A stretch of 64,000 nt of DNA. Source: the human T2T-CHM13v2.0 reference genome, Homo sapiens. Both the position numbers and the translations under genes were made by a program. The stretch lies in NCBI RefSeq assembly GCF_009914755.1, contig NC_060944.1. One strand, 5' to 3'. Below the pieces are notes generated by a model. The model saw only the letters and a program-made list of their open reading frames with translations. It made no database searches and had not been told where the DNA came from. Shown here piece by piece: positions 27,515 through 42,910 of this stretch (the stretch's first letter is position 1; each line of letters begins with the position of its first letter).

Positions 27515-27969
27515 AGAAAGAAAAAACAGGACTTCAGATTTCCATTAATGCAATTCCACATTCCACAGATAAAGAAACAGAGCCCAGAAAGTTTAGCTGA
27601 ATTCGCCAAGGATACAAAAGGCTCTCAGGTCTCCTATTTATAAGGAAAATTATTTTCACATTTTTGAGGTTTAAAAAAGAGCTATCCTGCTGTAGAATTT
27701 GAGAAATTAATCATCATATATCAAAGGAACTGATTAGAGAGTGCAGATATAGACCCATACGTTGAGTCTGTTATTTTTCTACCTTTGTACAAAGGCAATT
27801 CAATAGGGAAATGATAATCTTTACAACAAACTTTGTTGAAACAATTTTGCAAAAACTATGTAACCTCAACTCATAGTTCACATCTTGTGTGAAATTTTTA
27901 TACACCTTGTATAAAAATTCAATATGTATTATAAACCCAAGTAAAAACTATAGAACCTTAGCCGGGCAC

Positions 27970-28261
27970 GGAAACCATCATTCTCAGCAAACTAACACAA
28001 GAACAGGAAACCAAACACTTCATGTTCTCACTCATAAGTAGGGGCTGAACAATGAGAACTCATGAACACAGGGCGGGAAACATCACACACTGGGGCCTGT
28101 CGGGGGGTGGCGGGTTAGGGGAGGGAGAGCATTAAGAGAAATACCTAATGTACATGACGGGTTGATGGGTGAAGCAAACCACCATCATACGTGTATACCT
28201 GTGTAACAAACCTGCACATTCTTCACATGTATCCCAGAACTTAAAGTATAATAAAAAAAAA
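27970..28261 (+). mobile_element. L1PA7-like 3' fragment, between older L1M fragments (~27710-28390)
   Basis: ggaaaccatcattctcagcaaacta...gtatcccagaacttaaagtataataaaaaaaa. Confidence 0.9.
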
Positions 28262-28394
28262 TGGCACAACCACTTTACAAAAGTCTGACAATTTCTTTAT
28301 ATAGCTAAATATACATTTACTATATGACACAGCAATCCTACTTCTAGGTATTTACGCAAAAGTGAGGAAAATTTATGTTTTTAAAAAAACTCTG

Positions 28395-28806
<412 letters not shown>

Positions 28807-29070
28807 TTAAAATGGTCTGTAGTCCGGAATACATTTTTCAAAAGCATGGAATTAAAAGTATATTCTACCCTCATACACTATTTGTTTATATAAGTGAATT
28901 TGTTCTAAAAAAAAAAAAGGAAATATAGAAAATAAAATGAATAGTGACTCCTGCCTCAAATATCCTATATTTTTAAATAATGGAAACTTAATTGGTAAGT
29001 TTTTAGTCCAATATGAATAGTTGGTTACATTATGAATATTTTAAGAATCAAAATTTGTTATACAGAGTAA

Positions 29071-29360
29071 GGCTAGGCACAGTGGCTCATGCCTATAATC
29101 TCACCACTTTAAGAAACCAAGACAGGAGATTCGCTTGAGGCCAGGAGTTTGAGACCAGCCTCGGGAACAAAGTGAGACCCCATCTCTACAAAAAATACAA
29201 TTTTTCCAGCCCTGGTGGCTGATGTTTGTAGTCCCAGCTGCTGCTTGGGATGCTGAAGCAGGAGGATTGCCAGAGCCCAGTAGTTCAAGGCTGTAGGAAG
29301 CTATGACCATTCTACTGCACTGTAGGCTATCTGACAGAGCAAGATCCTGTCTCAAAAAAT
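29071..29360 (+). mobile_element. AluJ, diverged
   Basis: cgcttgaggccaggagtttgagaccagcc; cccagtagttcaaggctg. Confidence 0.88.
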
Positions 29361-31084
29361 ATGGACAGTGGATTGGGCGTACATTTGTTGCAATCTTTGA
29401 AGATGCTTTTAACATGAATTTTTATCCATATGAAATGCCTCTAAAAATTTTTTCTGGTAGCTCACCTAATACAAATAAGTGAATATACAGTTCTGAGTGC
29501 TGTCTCTTTCTTTTCCAGCTTAAAATTTACATTCCTATCAACCTTCATGGAGCCATACATTTGTTCCTACAACCTACATGACATCTCTGCTCCAAAGAGT
29601 TCAAATGTTGCCCCATATATGCAGAACATTTATTGACTTGAATTTATGATGCCAGGAGTGATAGTAAATCAGCGAGAAGTGGGAGAAAAACTGTTAAGAA
29701 CCCTCACAACAATGAAAGCCAGTCTGCCACATTAATATTTATCTAATCAGTGGTTTCCTTGCTGCTTCCCAAGGTCTCTAGTCCACTATTAAAATTTGCC
29801 TATTTAACAATTATTTTCTATATGTCTGTTATGTAAGGTATTGTGCTAAAAATAAACTCAGGTTATTGTGGTGAATCGAAAGACAAAGGAACTATCCTAA
29901 AACAGCTCACCATCCTAGGGAGGATATATAGATACATAAAGTCAGAAATTATGGCACAATAGTATCAGAATGATGATGGGAAGCTTCAGGAGCACAAGAG
30001 AGGAAGGCAGGGTCACCAAAGGGAGGGGTATAGAGCATGGTCAGTAAGAAAAAACAATTATGAGGGCATAAGCATTAACCTGGTTTATGTCCACTAACCA
30101 TCCATTCACCAGGTTGATTGAGGAAAATGGGCAGTAAGAGAAGAAAATATGAGCAAAGCCCTAAAGGCTTAGAAGTCTTTGGCTTTCTGTAATCTTGTAA
30201 TTAAAGCTTCGCCACATGATGAAGATTATGCTTGGAAAATATAAAAATTCAGTAAAACTTTTTAAAAATTCAAAGCTTGATTTAATTGATCTGTAGCTAT
30301 CCATTTGAAGTAATCCATTTGGTGTTAAGTGAAAACAGAGAGGCCAAACTTTATCTAGAGAAAATGCTATCCCTAAATGACATAATTACTTGGTCTTTAA
30401 TTGGGGAAAATACTTTGGTATTAGAGTGACATTCAAGAAAACTGAATTTTCAGAGAATGTCGTCAGTAGGGTAAAAAGTAAAGTGTGTTAGTCTTCATAA
30501 CCTTTCTAGTTCTGACATTGTACATTTGAAGGTAGAATCTGACCAGACTGATTTCTGATAGATGTTGTTTTAGAAATAGATAGTTACTCTTACTTTTTAT
30601 GAATTTCCTGCAACAGAAATATCTTGAACATTTAGTCATGCCATTTCTTTGCATCGAAGTTCATCATTGGTAGAAAAAATATCCATTCATTCAGCAAGTC
30701 TTTATTTACTGCCTACAATGTGCTGCAATTCAAAATCCTCATTCGTATTATGTACTTGAGTAATAACTCTCATCAGTCATATAAAGTCTTAAGATGTACA
30801 CAAAATTTCTTAACCAGTAGCTTAATTGCTTAGGTAAGCTCTCCCTCAGACCTCAAAAGCTGTAATGAAATGAGAACTAAAATGTTGCAAAGCTAGCCAT
30901 ATTTTTGATCTGTGCCATTTTTAAGATGGTGTTTCAATAAATATTATTCTTTTACCATGCCATAAATTCACCTCTCTATAACTTTAATAGCCTAGTCATA
31001 ATTTTATCGTTCTCAATTTTAGTGAATTTGTATGTCTTCAACCATCAGTATTTGCCTTTCCAAAATATTTATAATAAGTAATTC

Positions 31085-31932
31085 AGAAATAGATTCTTCA
31101 CACCTACAATGATCTGGTCTTCAACAAATTCGACAAAAATAAACAATGGGGAAAAGGCACATCAACAAGAAAAAAGAATCCCATTAAAAAGTGAGTTAAT
31201 GCCACGAATAGACACTTCTCAAAAGAAGACATGCAAGTGGTCAAGAAACATGAAAAAAATGTTCACCATCACTAATCATCGGAAGGATGAAAATCAAAAC
31301 CACTATGGGATACCACCTCAAAACAATCAGAATGGCTATTATCAAAAAGTCAAAAAATAACAGATGTTGGCAAGGTTGCAGAGAAAAGAGAATGCTTATA
31401 TACTTTGGTGGAAATGCAAATTAGTTTATCCACTGTGGAAAGCAGCTTGGAGATTTCTGAAAGAATGAAAAATAGAATTGCTACTTGACCTAGCAATCTC
31501 ATTACTGGGTACACACTCAAAAGAAAATAAATTCTTCTACCAAAAAGGCACCTACACTTGTATGTTCATCACATCTCTATTCACCATAGCAAAGACATGG
31601 AATCACCCGAGATGCCCATCAGTGGTGGATTGGACAAAGAAAATGTGTGGTACATATACGCCATGGAATACTACACAGCCATAAAAAAGAACAAAATCAT
31701 GTCCTTTGCACCAACATGGATGCAGCTGGAGGCCGTTATCCTAAGTGAATTAACACAGAAACAGAAAACCAAATACTGCAAGTTCTCACTTTTAAGTGGG
31801 TGCTAAATATTGTGCACACAGAGATACAAAGATGAGAACAATAAACACGGGAGATTCCAAAAGGGAGGAGGGAAAAAGGGGAGAAAAGAATTGAAATACT
31901 ACCTACTGGGTACTATGTTTACTGTTTGGGCA
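31085..31932 (+). mobile_element. L1 (L1PA15/16-like) ORF2 end and 3' UTR fragment
   Basis: Degenerate ORF2 C-terminal peptides (WYIYAMEYYTAIKKNKIMSFAPTWMQLE) and L1 3' UTR. Confidence 0.85.
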
Positions 31933-34900
31933 ATTCTTCTACAGCTATTTAGCTAGAAACAATTTCTTCAGGTCCTCGTTTCTCCTCTGCAGTAATGCAG
32001 CATGGGGCTGTGTGAGATATCCTTTCATGTGGATAATGTATTGCTTTGGGCAGAAGAAAGCACTCCTACAATAAATCCTCTACGTGAGCTGCTCCATAAG
32101 GAACTTGAAAAACTGGGCAAAACAATGCAAGAAGCAAGCATGAAACTTGAGGTTGTTATCACTGCCAACACACAAAGTTAAATACATGCAACTATTACCA
32201 AGTATGTCTGCCCAAGCTAGTCAATGGACCAACTTCTCACTCACTGTATTTTATATTTATAAGCCAAGAGAGAAACACAACAAAAAAAAATCTCACCCTT
32301 ATGTTTAGAAGGCAAGAACAGAGGACAAGAAAAAGGTAAATTTTGACTAATATTCGCTATTTATTTTGGGTAGTTATTGTTAACTCTTAGAAGTTAAATC
32401 AAAAGAAATATGGGATTCCACCTGTCTTGGGCAGGGCTAGGGAATGTTCACTCTCATTTTCATTATATCCTCTTTGAAGCTACATTCGCCATGTCCTCAA
32501 TTTTCATTACATATATGTCATGCACTTCCAAAACTGAACCTCATAGTGGCCAGAGAAGCAGCATGTTGAGAGAGACTCACTGATGGGCAATTGCTTCATT
32601 ACCTCCTACCCACTTGATAACTACAGAGATTTTGTTCAAGTCCACTCTGTGAATTTCACACTTACAGATTCGTAGCCAACTTAATTCAGTGCTAATGCCC
32701 TCTATAAATCGCTTGGAAATCTTGACTAGTCCTGAACCTACATATCATAGTCCTTAAGTCCCACTAGGACTAAGAACTTGACGTACAGAATGAAATGCAT
32801 TCCTCATCTGCAACTCCTGCCCTCAATCCCACATCTACAATAGTCTCCATCGACCCCATGTTGTTTCTTAGAAAACTGGGTAGAGGATAGTACCTGCTAC
32901 AGGGAAGATGGCTGAGCTCCATTCAGAGGCTCTTGTCATGTCTGTATGCCCATCCACAAGCTTTAGTGGACTTTGTTTCACATGGCTTGCACCTGTGACT
33001 CCATTCAGAAGACTGATCTTGGGCAACTGGAGCCACTTTGCTGCCCAGGGAGTCAGAAGTACCTGGGAATTTACAGGCTTCAAGGATGACCAACAATTCC
33101 AGTTTGCTTAAGACTAAAAGATTTCTCAAGATAATTTAGTGTGAAAGCAGGATGGTGCCAGGCAAACCAGGACAGCTGGTCACCCAGTGCACCCCCCACA
33201 CCAAACTCCAAAAATGGACAGCCCTTACCCTCAAATGGGAACGAACTTTTGGGTAAAACTATACCGCAGAGCTCCTTGCAGGACCCAGCTGAGGCTGGGC
33301 ATTTCCTTTGCTTGTCATCTTCCATTCTGTGTCTGGTTTCCTCCCTCTCACCTCCCCATGTCTGCTGGAAGTACTTCCTTCATGAGTCTTAGGCACCCAT
33401 TCTCATCACAGGGGAACATTTCTGGGGATCCCCACTGAGGACACCTGCCTCTCTATGAATGTTAGAAAATTGCATGATGTATCTACCACTGAAATCCATA
33501 AGGCAGTCACAAATTTCACTTCAGCCAAATTTTTGAGCCTTCTCTCCTGAAACAAAACTGATAATGGAAATATTGGCAAGTAGAAAAATCCCTCATCTTG
33601 TTAATTGTTTTTGTGTTGTTTCCATAGCCTCAGGTCAACCTAGCTGTGGCAGTGATGGCAGCAGAGGGTGAAAGCAGTACTGATGGGCCAAGAAAAAGTA
33701 AAAGGAGGAAAACAGAATTTAAATAATAAACCCAAGTGATCAAGACGTGATTATTTCTTCTACAGTGGGGCTTAAAGGCTATTTTTCCTGAAATAAGACT
33801 AAAATCTAGAGTACATTTTTAAAAAATAATTTGCTCTACTACGATATGTAGTAATGTATTGATATTATTTATATAGACTTTAAAATATGTTTAGAAACTG
33901 TAACTCTGTAAAATATTAACCTGAACTGGAATGGCCCTCTTTAAAAAATATATAATTTTTTTTAAACTCTCCTTCACTGACTTGCTCTTTCAATGAACCA
34001 CTGAGGTCACTATATGATGAGGAGCAATTTGCAATAATTTACCAAAATAATAATAAGGTAGCTCTATATCCTGTGTGTTTGATTTTTTTAAAAAGGAGTT
34101 TCCCTTTCAGGACCCCATGAATGTACAAGGTTCAAACAAAGTGCGGGGAGCTAATGAACAGACTGTGTTTTCCTGTGCCGGGCCCCTGTACAGAATGACT
34201 TCATTCAGGGCTACGGCTCGCGCATGGAAAGTGCTGGTAAAAAATCCCACAGAGTTCAGACGACCTTTTCCTAACTTTCGTTTTTTTTTCCCTTGTTTGT
34301 CTTTCGGGCCTAAGCCAGGGAAAACATAAATATTCATCAGCTGATATTTGCAGTAGCTGTGAAGTTATGAATGAGGCCATGCGGCTTTCCTCCTATCCCA
34401 TCTACAGAATGGCAGCTTCTCCACTCAGCTCCCAGCCAAACGACACTTTCCGAAATCCCCAAAGTGTACTAGAAGGCTTTTCAAATTCAGTCTTTTTTTT
34501 TCCTTTAATGCTCAAAGCAGAAATGCTGTCTGCTTAATGTTTACCCTAGGATTATAGAAGAAGAAAAAGAAAAACATTGCTTTGCCAAGCTTTAAACTTT
34601 CAGATGCCTTGACGTAACAGGCAAATATGCTAGCAGCTCAAAATATTGGTAGTATATATCAATGGATATGATGGGGTCAGGGATTTTTAATATCAAACAC
34701 TAGACAGATACCTGAGGCATTTATTGTGTGAAGGGCAGAGAAAAAAACCATCGATTTGACCTGGTTCTACTGCTTTGTTAGCATCTGGACAGGTGTTAGA
34801 GAGAGATGCTGGAAAACAGTTTTGAATAAGATTTCAAATAGGTCCTCAATGATGAGATATAAAAAGAATGAAAATTGTGCCTGCCATAAGGTCTGGGATG

Positions 34901-37900
34901 GAGCTGGTCTTTCTGTCGTCCAGATTCCTCACAAATTAATGCTTTAAAATCTGGAATCTTTTCATCTTCCAGGGTCTGTCACTCAAATAAAACTTTAGTA
35001 GAAGGTGAATTGTGAATGGAAGAGACCGTAGGGTAACAAACAGCAAATAGCCATCAGTGTCTAGGAACAAACAAAACCTGTTCTGGGCTCAGCATAACCA
35101 TATGTCTTTGAGCTTCCTGGATCTGGTCCCCGTAACACAGAGGTCTGAAGAGTCACCTTCAGAAACAGGAGGCATCTTTGAAAGTGGTGGTAAAGACTTT
35201 GTCAACAACACTTCTGAAAATTGCATTGTGCCAAGAGGCAACAAGTGATGAGTAACAGTGATAATGCAATTGTGGAACAAATTGATTCAAATAGTACTAC
35301 AGCCCCCTCTCAAGCATTCATTTCTACAGATGACTGCTGGACTGTTTGGTGAATCCAAAAGTAACCAGGATTGTGGCACAACTTTTGATACAAGAAAAAG
35401 GTTTGTGATTCTAATAGAAAATGACTTTTAAATAATATTTTAAAAATGTATGATTTTGAAATAAAAAATGGAACAGCAAAAACGTCAACAGCACAACAGC
35501 TAATCAATCAATCCCCAATGATTAGTGAATGTAAAGAGTGAGACATGTTTTTATAGATAAAGAATGTATGTATCAATGTCCAATATTCTCCTTTTGACTT
35601 TCCTCATCAGTATGTTTTATTCAAAGCTCAATATTTGGTCTCTCCTTGTCTCTGTAGAAATGTTACCTACATGATGGGTTTATTGGGTAATTTTAGGGTT
35701 GGAAGATTATTTGTAAGAAGTATCACTAACTACAAGGTCCTACTTGGTGAAATATTGTCGGGAATATTCTCTATTTTTGAATTTTCATTCATTATTACAG
35801 ATCAGGATCTCTTATAATCATTGTTCTGTATTTTTTATGGGGTTAGCCATATTACCTATACCTGACAGTGGAAATAATTTTCTAAACCACCAAACCAAAG
35901 AGATGAAGAAAAGGGTCTCAGGTGTTCAAATAAGGACCAGTTCCCAGACTGGCAAGAGAGCTGACTGGAACAAATGCTCGTGGCTTGGTTGCTGTCTGTT
36001 TCTCCATTCTGAAGTAGCCTTGCCAGGCCCAGAATGGAAGCCAGAGGCCAGTGCTCAACTGTGTTCTCCTTGGCTCCAGCCCTCACCAGAATAAGGCCTG
36101 ATGAAGAGCTATGGGACAGTGTCAAAGGCAATGACCTTCTGCAGGAAAAACTGGACAGCATACAGGAGTGACGGATTGTCATGCATGTCCAGAGACATTT
36201 AGGAGGCCAGCTGAGTTAGCATAGGCAGGAAAATATTTCCTCTCCCTCTATTCCTTGCCCAGGACTGAGAATTTTGAGCTAGAAGTAGCAGAGAGCAGAA
36301 TTAGTTGTCCATCCTTCTCTATGAAACTCATTTTGCAAATCACATCAGATCACAATGTCAAAAAGCATTCCAGTTTGATACTCATTACACTTATGTTAAC
36401 AGAGAAGAAAGTCACCAGGTTCAAAAGTGGCCTGTAAAATCTTGTTTACAAGAGATTCTATGTTTTGAGCTTGGACAGAAGTAAACAAAATCTCTCATTT
36501 GGCAATTTTTCTTTGTCTTGAAAGGGATATTTACATGTTAAAGACCACTATTTGAGTTATATATTTTTTTCATCCCTCTGCCTTCTCTGGAAATGCTGCA
36601 TTTTCCCCCATGAATACCTCCCCTGTTCAAATACACAGCTAGAATTTTCAACAAGACAAGAGAACATTGGATACCCAGAATCAGATCACTTGATGCATAT
36701 CACAAGTGTAGCTCATCAATGTGGCCTATGTAATTTATAACCTAAATTGAGAGATTTTTGACAGTAAACAGGGCATTATTAATTACACTGGGAGAATGAG
36801 TATAAAACCAAGATTGTTATGAACACACTGTAACATATGACCATCCTACACATGGATTCTTCTAGCTGATTCTCTCTACTCTTATCTTCAGTTGCCACTT
36901 TTGCTATCTAGATAATATGTTGCTTTTCTATGAGGAGATTTATTAACACCTTATTTGGCTGTTGATCACAGCTATACCAAGTTATCATCAATATGCTTCA
37001 CTTAGCCTGCATCTTCCTGAGATTGTCTGGGAAATATTATCTTCCTTCTGTCTTCTCCTCAATGATTTTAGTGGTTTCAAAAGCATATCACATAGCATAT
37101 CACATAGACAACTGTGTGTTCTGCCTATATGTAGAGCTGACACTAACTCAATAAAAGTAGATTGTTCATTTCCATTGCTGCGGAGAGACTACTCAGTGGA
37201 TTCAAGGAACAGTATTGGCTCTCTATACTGAAGTATGCTTAGAATCAAGATGATTAGCAAGGTACAAAAGGGTCTCAGACCACTTCCATGGGGTCAGTGT
37301 TTACACCTGTTAGAGAAGGGCACCTTTGTAGAACAGCCACTTTAACACATTGGGTTTGGATTTGAGGGTTCCATCATGCCTGAGGATTTCCAACTCCTCT
37401 GTGGTGAATTCCTTTTACTGTCTGTTGATCTTGAAGTGTCCAACTGTACCTTTTTTGTCTCATATAGTTCCTTCTGCATTGTAATGTGGAAAACAAAATT
37501 GTACCACTTCAAAGTTGATAATTTTTAGAAGTAATAATTGACTAAAGTCTACAGTCTATTTAAACTGATTAAGATAATTCTAACAGGAATTTGCATAAAC
37601 ACACTTTTACTTTTCTTACCATTAAACCTTGATGAATTTTGTTATTAAAACTGTATTAATTATCTCCAGCTCTGTGACCATTAGTTGACTGGCCTTGAGT
37701 AAGTCATAATCTTTCTGGTCAGTTCCCTAAACTACAGATGAAGGGGCTGGATTTTTAACATTTCTCACACAGCATTCCACAGAACTCTGGTTATTTCCCA
37801 TATTAATTGTACACATTCACAAAGGACTAATGGGAAATCCCTGGTTTAACAAATGAGATTTTCTTACCATAAGACTTAAGACACGCTAATGGGCAGAGTG

Positions 37901-38114
37901 TCTTTTCAAACCACAAGACTCAACTTTAAGTTTACATGATTAATTTATGCACATCAATAATAAAGTAACCAAGAAGTTACATTTCCAAGAATAAACACAT
38001 TAACTTTGGAATAACATGTTAAACTCCCATCAAACATTCTTGGTCTTAAACTGACATTACGGTTCTGGATCACTGATAGGTGGTTAAGCAAACAAAATAA
38101 GACACTACTCATAG

Positions 38115-38536
<422 letters not shown>

Positions 38537-41500
38537 AAAAAGAGGTACTCTTTTAGAACAAGTATGTCCAAAATCTTGCCAATGTCCAAAATATTTTATA
38601 CTAAAAATTATTTGTTGTTTCTGTGGGAAACGCCTATTGTTTTGTTTCCAATAAAGCTTTCCTACTCTGGGGAAAAAGGTACCCCTTCTCTTCCCTCTTC
38701 TCCACACTACAACATTTAGAACTCAAAGTAGCCCCCAATTCATATAGTGCCCTTTCTTCCTGACCAAGTTTGATTGGGCAAGAGATGGGCAAGAGACTCA
38801 ATTAGCGCTCTGCTCTCAGATAATATTGAACTGGAGCTGGAACAAGAGAGTGAATAATTCCTCGTGGCAGAACCAAGAGATAGGAATCTGGGGAGCTGCA
38901 GATGGCCATGTGCCTCACTAGGAGGAGGATGCCAACCTAGAGTGAAAAAGTATAAAGGCTACATTCTGAGGGAACAAACCTGGAGAAAAGCAAAAGTAGT
39001 CCTTGTTGCTTTCAAACCCATGGTCCCAAGTTTCCCTGGGCCCAATCGCATCCACGCTTTTCCTGTGGCTTGGTATTTCAACACTTCCTGTGATTGAGAT
39101 ACTAAACACTCCTCCTTTTCCTTCACCTGGTTCAAGTTGCATTTTGTTCTTTCCAACAAAAGATCATGAGTTATGAAATTTTAGTTGAACATTGTTTAGG
39201 ATGCTTAGATAAAAATTAACTTTCTCACAAAGACTAAAGGAGTATTAATTACTTACCACTTTTTAGGAACTAACTCTTGCACAATTGAGATGCAGCATGT
39301 ATCTTCATCCAACTGATGTGCCCAGTACTGAGTATTGGGCACACCACAACTGTGAGGTGCCCACAGAATTCTTTTTTCAAAGACTGGATTGTAAGACTGC
39401 TTCACAGACTACACATGAGTAACTTCTAGCCACATAATCTGACATATTTTAAGTAATGTTAAAATTCTATGACTTTGTGATATTTCAATTATTTATTAAT
39501 CTCAATTTGATAGTTATTTGCTATGAGAATAGAATCAAATAAGTATTTAAATGCTGCAATCTATATTTGAGAAAATCATACTTTCATATTATAATATTCT
39601 CTGTTTATTTCTGTTATGAAAATTAAGCATATTTTTACAATAGCAGTTTATGATCATGAAAAATTCTTATAAAATCAATGTTCTTAAAATTTTCCATTAA
39701 ATGTTGTGATTTTACATTTTCTCAGTGGCCTACTTTTAAGTCTTTGCTATATTTGATTCTAAGCATAGAATGTTAGAGTTTTTTAAAAAGTCAGTAATAT
39801 CCATGACATTAGTTAACATGTTTATTAGTTAATTTAACAAATATTTACTGAATACCTATAGTTTTTATGCAAGGTATTGGTAAGATAGCAAAAAAGATAC
39901 ATTTCCTCCTTTCATGAAAATGACAGTCTAGTTCTAGCACTATTTCCTCATCATTTTTCCATATTGATGCTTCTTCTGTGCTTAGGACGACATTAAGTTT
40001 ACCCATACGTCTACTTAACAGCATGTAAGGAAGTAAAGATCATCACATGTCAACCCCAAGACTATGATGGATTCTATAAGCATGACTTGATTTCCAGGCG
40101 TCTTTCCCACATGCTTTCTCACCCCTGAAAGCGTTCAGTGTGGCCAGAACTGGAGGCAATGCCACATGAGTAGACAGACCGCCACTGAAGGGTGGTCTTT
40201 CTATTGTTCCAGGCACTGTATTTCTGTTACCAAAGTGCAGAGCAGAAAGCAATGTGCCCTGACAGAAAGAGCTCTTTGTCAGGAGTCCAAAGACCTGGAT
40301 GGCAGCTCTTACCCCAATACTCATCAGGGAATGACCTCAGTGCTCAGAGAAATATCTAATGGCATCTGGACAACCTCTAGAAAATTATAGGTTGTGTCCA
40401 AAAACTTCCATCCCTGCAAACTTTCCTCTCACTCTCTATATGAAACTGCCTACAAATTTTTAAAAATAGTATATTGCTTTAATAATTGAAATCCTATCAT
40501 GTGATAGCAGAGGACATGCATAATTACTGATTTTAGTAAATGCTTTAATAGTGCAGACAAATTCTGATTATGAACATTTTCTGATAGGGGCCAATATTTC
40601 TGAGTTTCAAATGAATCTAGACTGGAAAATAATGTTGGCTTTTATAATGAATAGACTACTAAGAATACCTGATTTATGCTTTATTCCTGAACAAGAGTCA
40701 AAAAGACAGAATGGTCAGGAGTACATAAAATAAATTATAATTGATAGGAGAGTTAGATTCTTGCAGGATGTGAGTCTTATTTTGTTGTTATTTTTGTTGC
40801 AGCTGTATCATCTCTCATTTCCCCTCTACTGGGCAAGGTAAAAGACATTAGAGGATCATGTAAACCTCCATCATCAGGAAGGTTTGAATAAGCAATAGGA
40901 ATGTAAATATTTGTGAAAACAACTAGAGACTGAATAGTTGTAATTGATTCATCATATATAATTTTAATTAACATTTAAAATAAATGTTGTTATTTTATTA
41001 ACCTGAAGCCTTGAAGAACTTTGGAAGCAGGAGTGTTAACAAAGAGGATGTTTAGTAGAGGAGGGAGAGATTCTCATTCCTGAACTTCTGGAAAAAGGAC
41101 GTCTCTCTAATGGGGAGGCAGTTTCGACATTAACCTCCCATGTCCTTTTAACCACTCCCCTCCAGAGAAAGGCCCAAAACTGTGGGGAGTGCTCTGCTTT
41201 CCACAGACCTTCTTTATATGTTTAGTTGCTTGCACTTGCATCATTTTCTCCATCATTTGCCTGCCCAATAAAGGATGGACAAGAGATGGCAAAAGAGTTC
41301 AAAGCCAATCAAATAATTCTGGATAAATTGTTAACAGACCTGGAATAAGAATAGCCAAGAAAAATTTAGCTAAAATAAGATTTCGGGGGAAAATCTGTGG
41401 ATTTCATTTAGATTGTGTTTACATGACAACAAAGTATTGGGTTAACTCAGTGGAAAGTAGGCAAACTGTTTATGCAGTTATGTAGACAAAACAGTTGCGT

Positions 41501-41979
41501 CAGTGATTACCTTTTCAAGTTGTGGATTCTGGCTTTCTTATACACTGCCCTGCCCATAATGATGAATTTATAATAACTGCATAAACTAAATTTTTGGTAG
41601 ATTAGCATTTTACTAATTTCTGAGTCTTCCAATATTTTTTGTGGTTTTGTGCAGTTTGTTGTTTGTGGTGCTTTTCTATTTATTTATTTATTTTGTCATA
41701 TATGTGGCTGGGAATCTTGGAAACAGTGAATGTTAGCTTTATTAAGTCAAATAATTGAAGAATTTTTAAAAAGATTTTCTTCCTGACTACTTTTGTGGTG
41801 TATTAAAACCAAAATATTACTACTTAAAACAGGGATGTTCACACTATGACACATATTATATAAAATTACTATTATTCAGAAATTCTTAAAAAAAGACTTG
41901 AGAAATATTGCTCTTTAGTACTTCAACTAGATAGTATGGTTATAGTATCAAATAATATTTAAACCAAAATTCAAACCAA

Positions 41980-42910
41980 CCCCTCTGTTAGGTATTGATA
42001 TGGTTTGACCATGTCCCCACCCAAATCTCATCTTGAATTCCCACATGTTGTGGGAGGGACCCAGTGGGGGGTAATTGAATCATGGGGGTGGGTCTTTCCC
42101 ATGCTGTTCTCATGATAGCAAGTAAGTCTCATGACATCTGATGGTATTATAAGGGGGAGTTTCCCTGCCCAATCTCCCTCTTTGCCAGTGCCATCCACGT
42201 AAGATGTGACTTGCTCCTCCTTGCCTTCTGCCATGAGTGTGAGGCTTCCCCAGCCACATGGAACTATAAGTCCAATTAAACCTCTCTCTTTTGTAAATTG
42301 CGAAGTCTCAGGTATGTCTTTATCAGCAGCGTGAAAATGGACTAATACAGGTATATACCCAAAAAAAAGGAAACCAGCACATCGAAAAGACAGCTGCACT
42401 CCCAGGTTTGTTGCCGCACTGTTCACAATAGCCAAGATTTGGAAGCAACCAAAGTGTCCATCAGCAGATGAATGGATAAAGAAAATGTGGTACATATATA
42501 CAATGGAGTACTATGCAACTGTAAAAACAATGAGATCCTGTCATTTGCAACAGCATGGATAGGACCGGAGGATCATTATGTTAAGTTTAATAGCCAGGCA
42601 CAGAAAGATGAGCATTACATGTTCTCATGTATTTGTGGGATGTAAAAATGAAAACAATTGAACTCATGGACATAGAGAGTAGAATTTTGTGTAACACAGA
42701 GGCTGGGAGGGGTAGTAGGGGATTCAAGGGGAGGTGGGAATGTTTAATGGATCCCAAAAGAGTAGAAAAAATGAATAAGACCTAGTATTTGATAGCATAA
42801 AAGGATGACTATAGTCAATAATAACTTAATTGCACATTTTAAAATAACTAAAAGAGGGTCATTGGATTGTTTTTAACAACAAGGATAAATGCTTGAGGAG
42901 ATTAAAAAAT
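41980..42910 (+). mobile_element. 5'-truncated L1MA (L1MA2-like), interrupted by THE1B
   Basis: L1 ORF2 end and 3' UTR; 19-bp TSD aaa(c/a)caaaattcaaaccaa at 41961-41979 and 42911-42929. Confidence 0.85.
41996..42349 (+). mobile_element. THE1B-like MaLR solo LTR
   Basis: tgatatggtttg...gtgaaaatggactaataca; perfect 5-bp TSD GGTAT at 41991-41995 and 42350-42354. Confidence 0.93.

Noticed and set aside
27247-27609. Repetitive 120-aa F/S/P/L-rich ORF
   Set aside because: Translation of the 22-bp minisatellite.
32967-32980. HNF4A-type CAAAGTCCA motif
   Set aside because: A single 9-mer is expected by chance about once in a window this size; no supporting motif cluster.
42028-42495. 155-aa ORF
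   Set aside because: Antisense read through L1MA and THE1B sequence.
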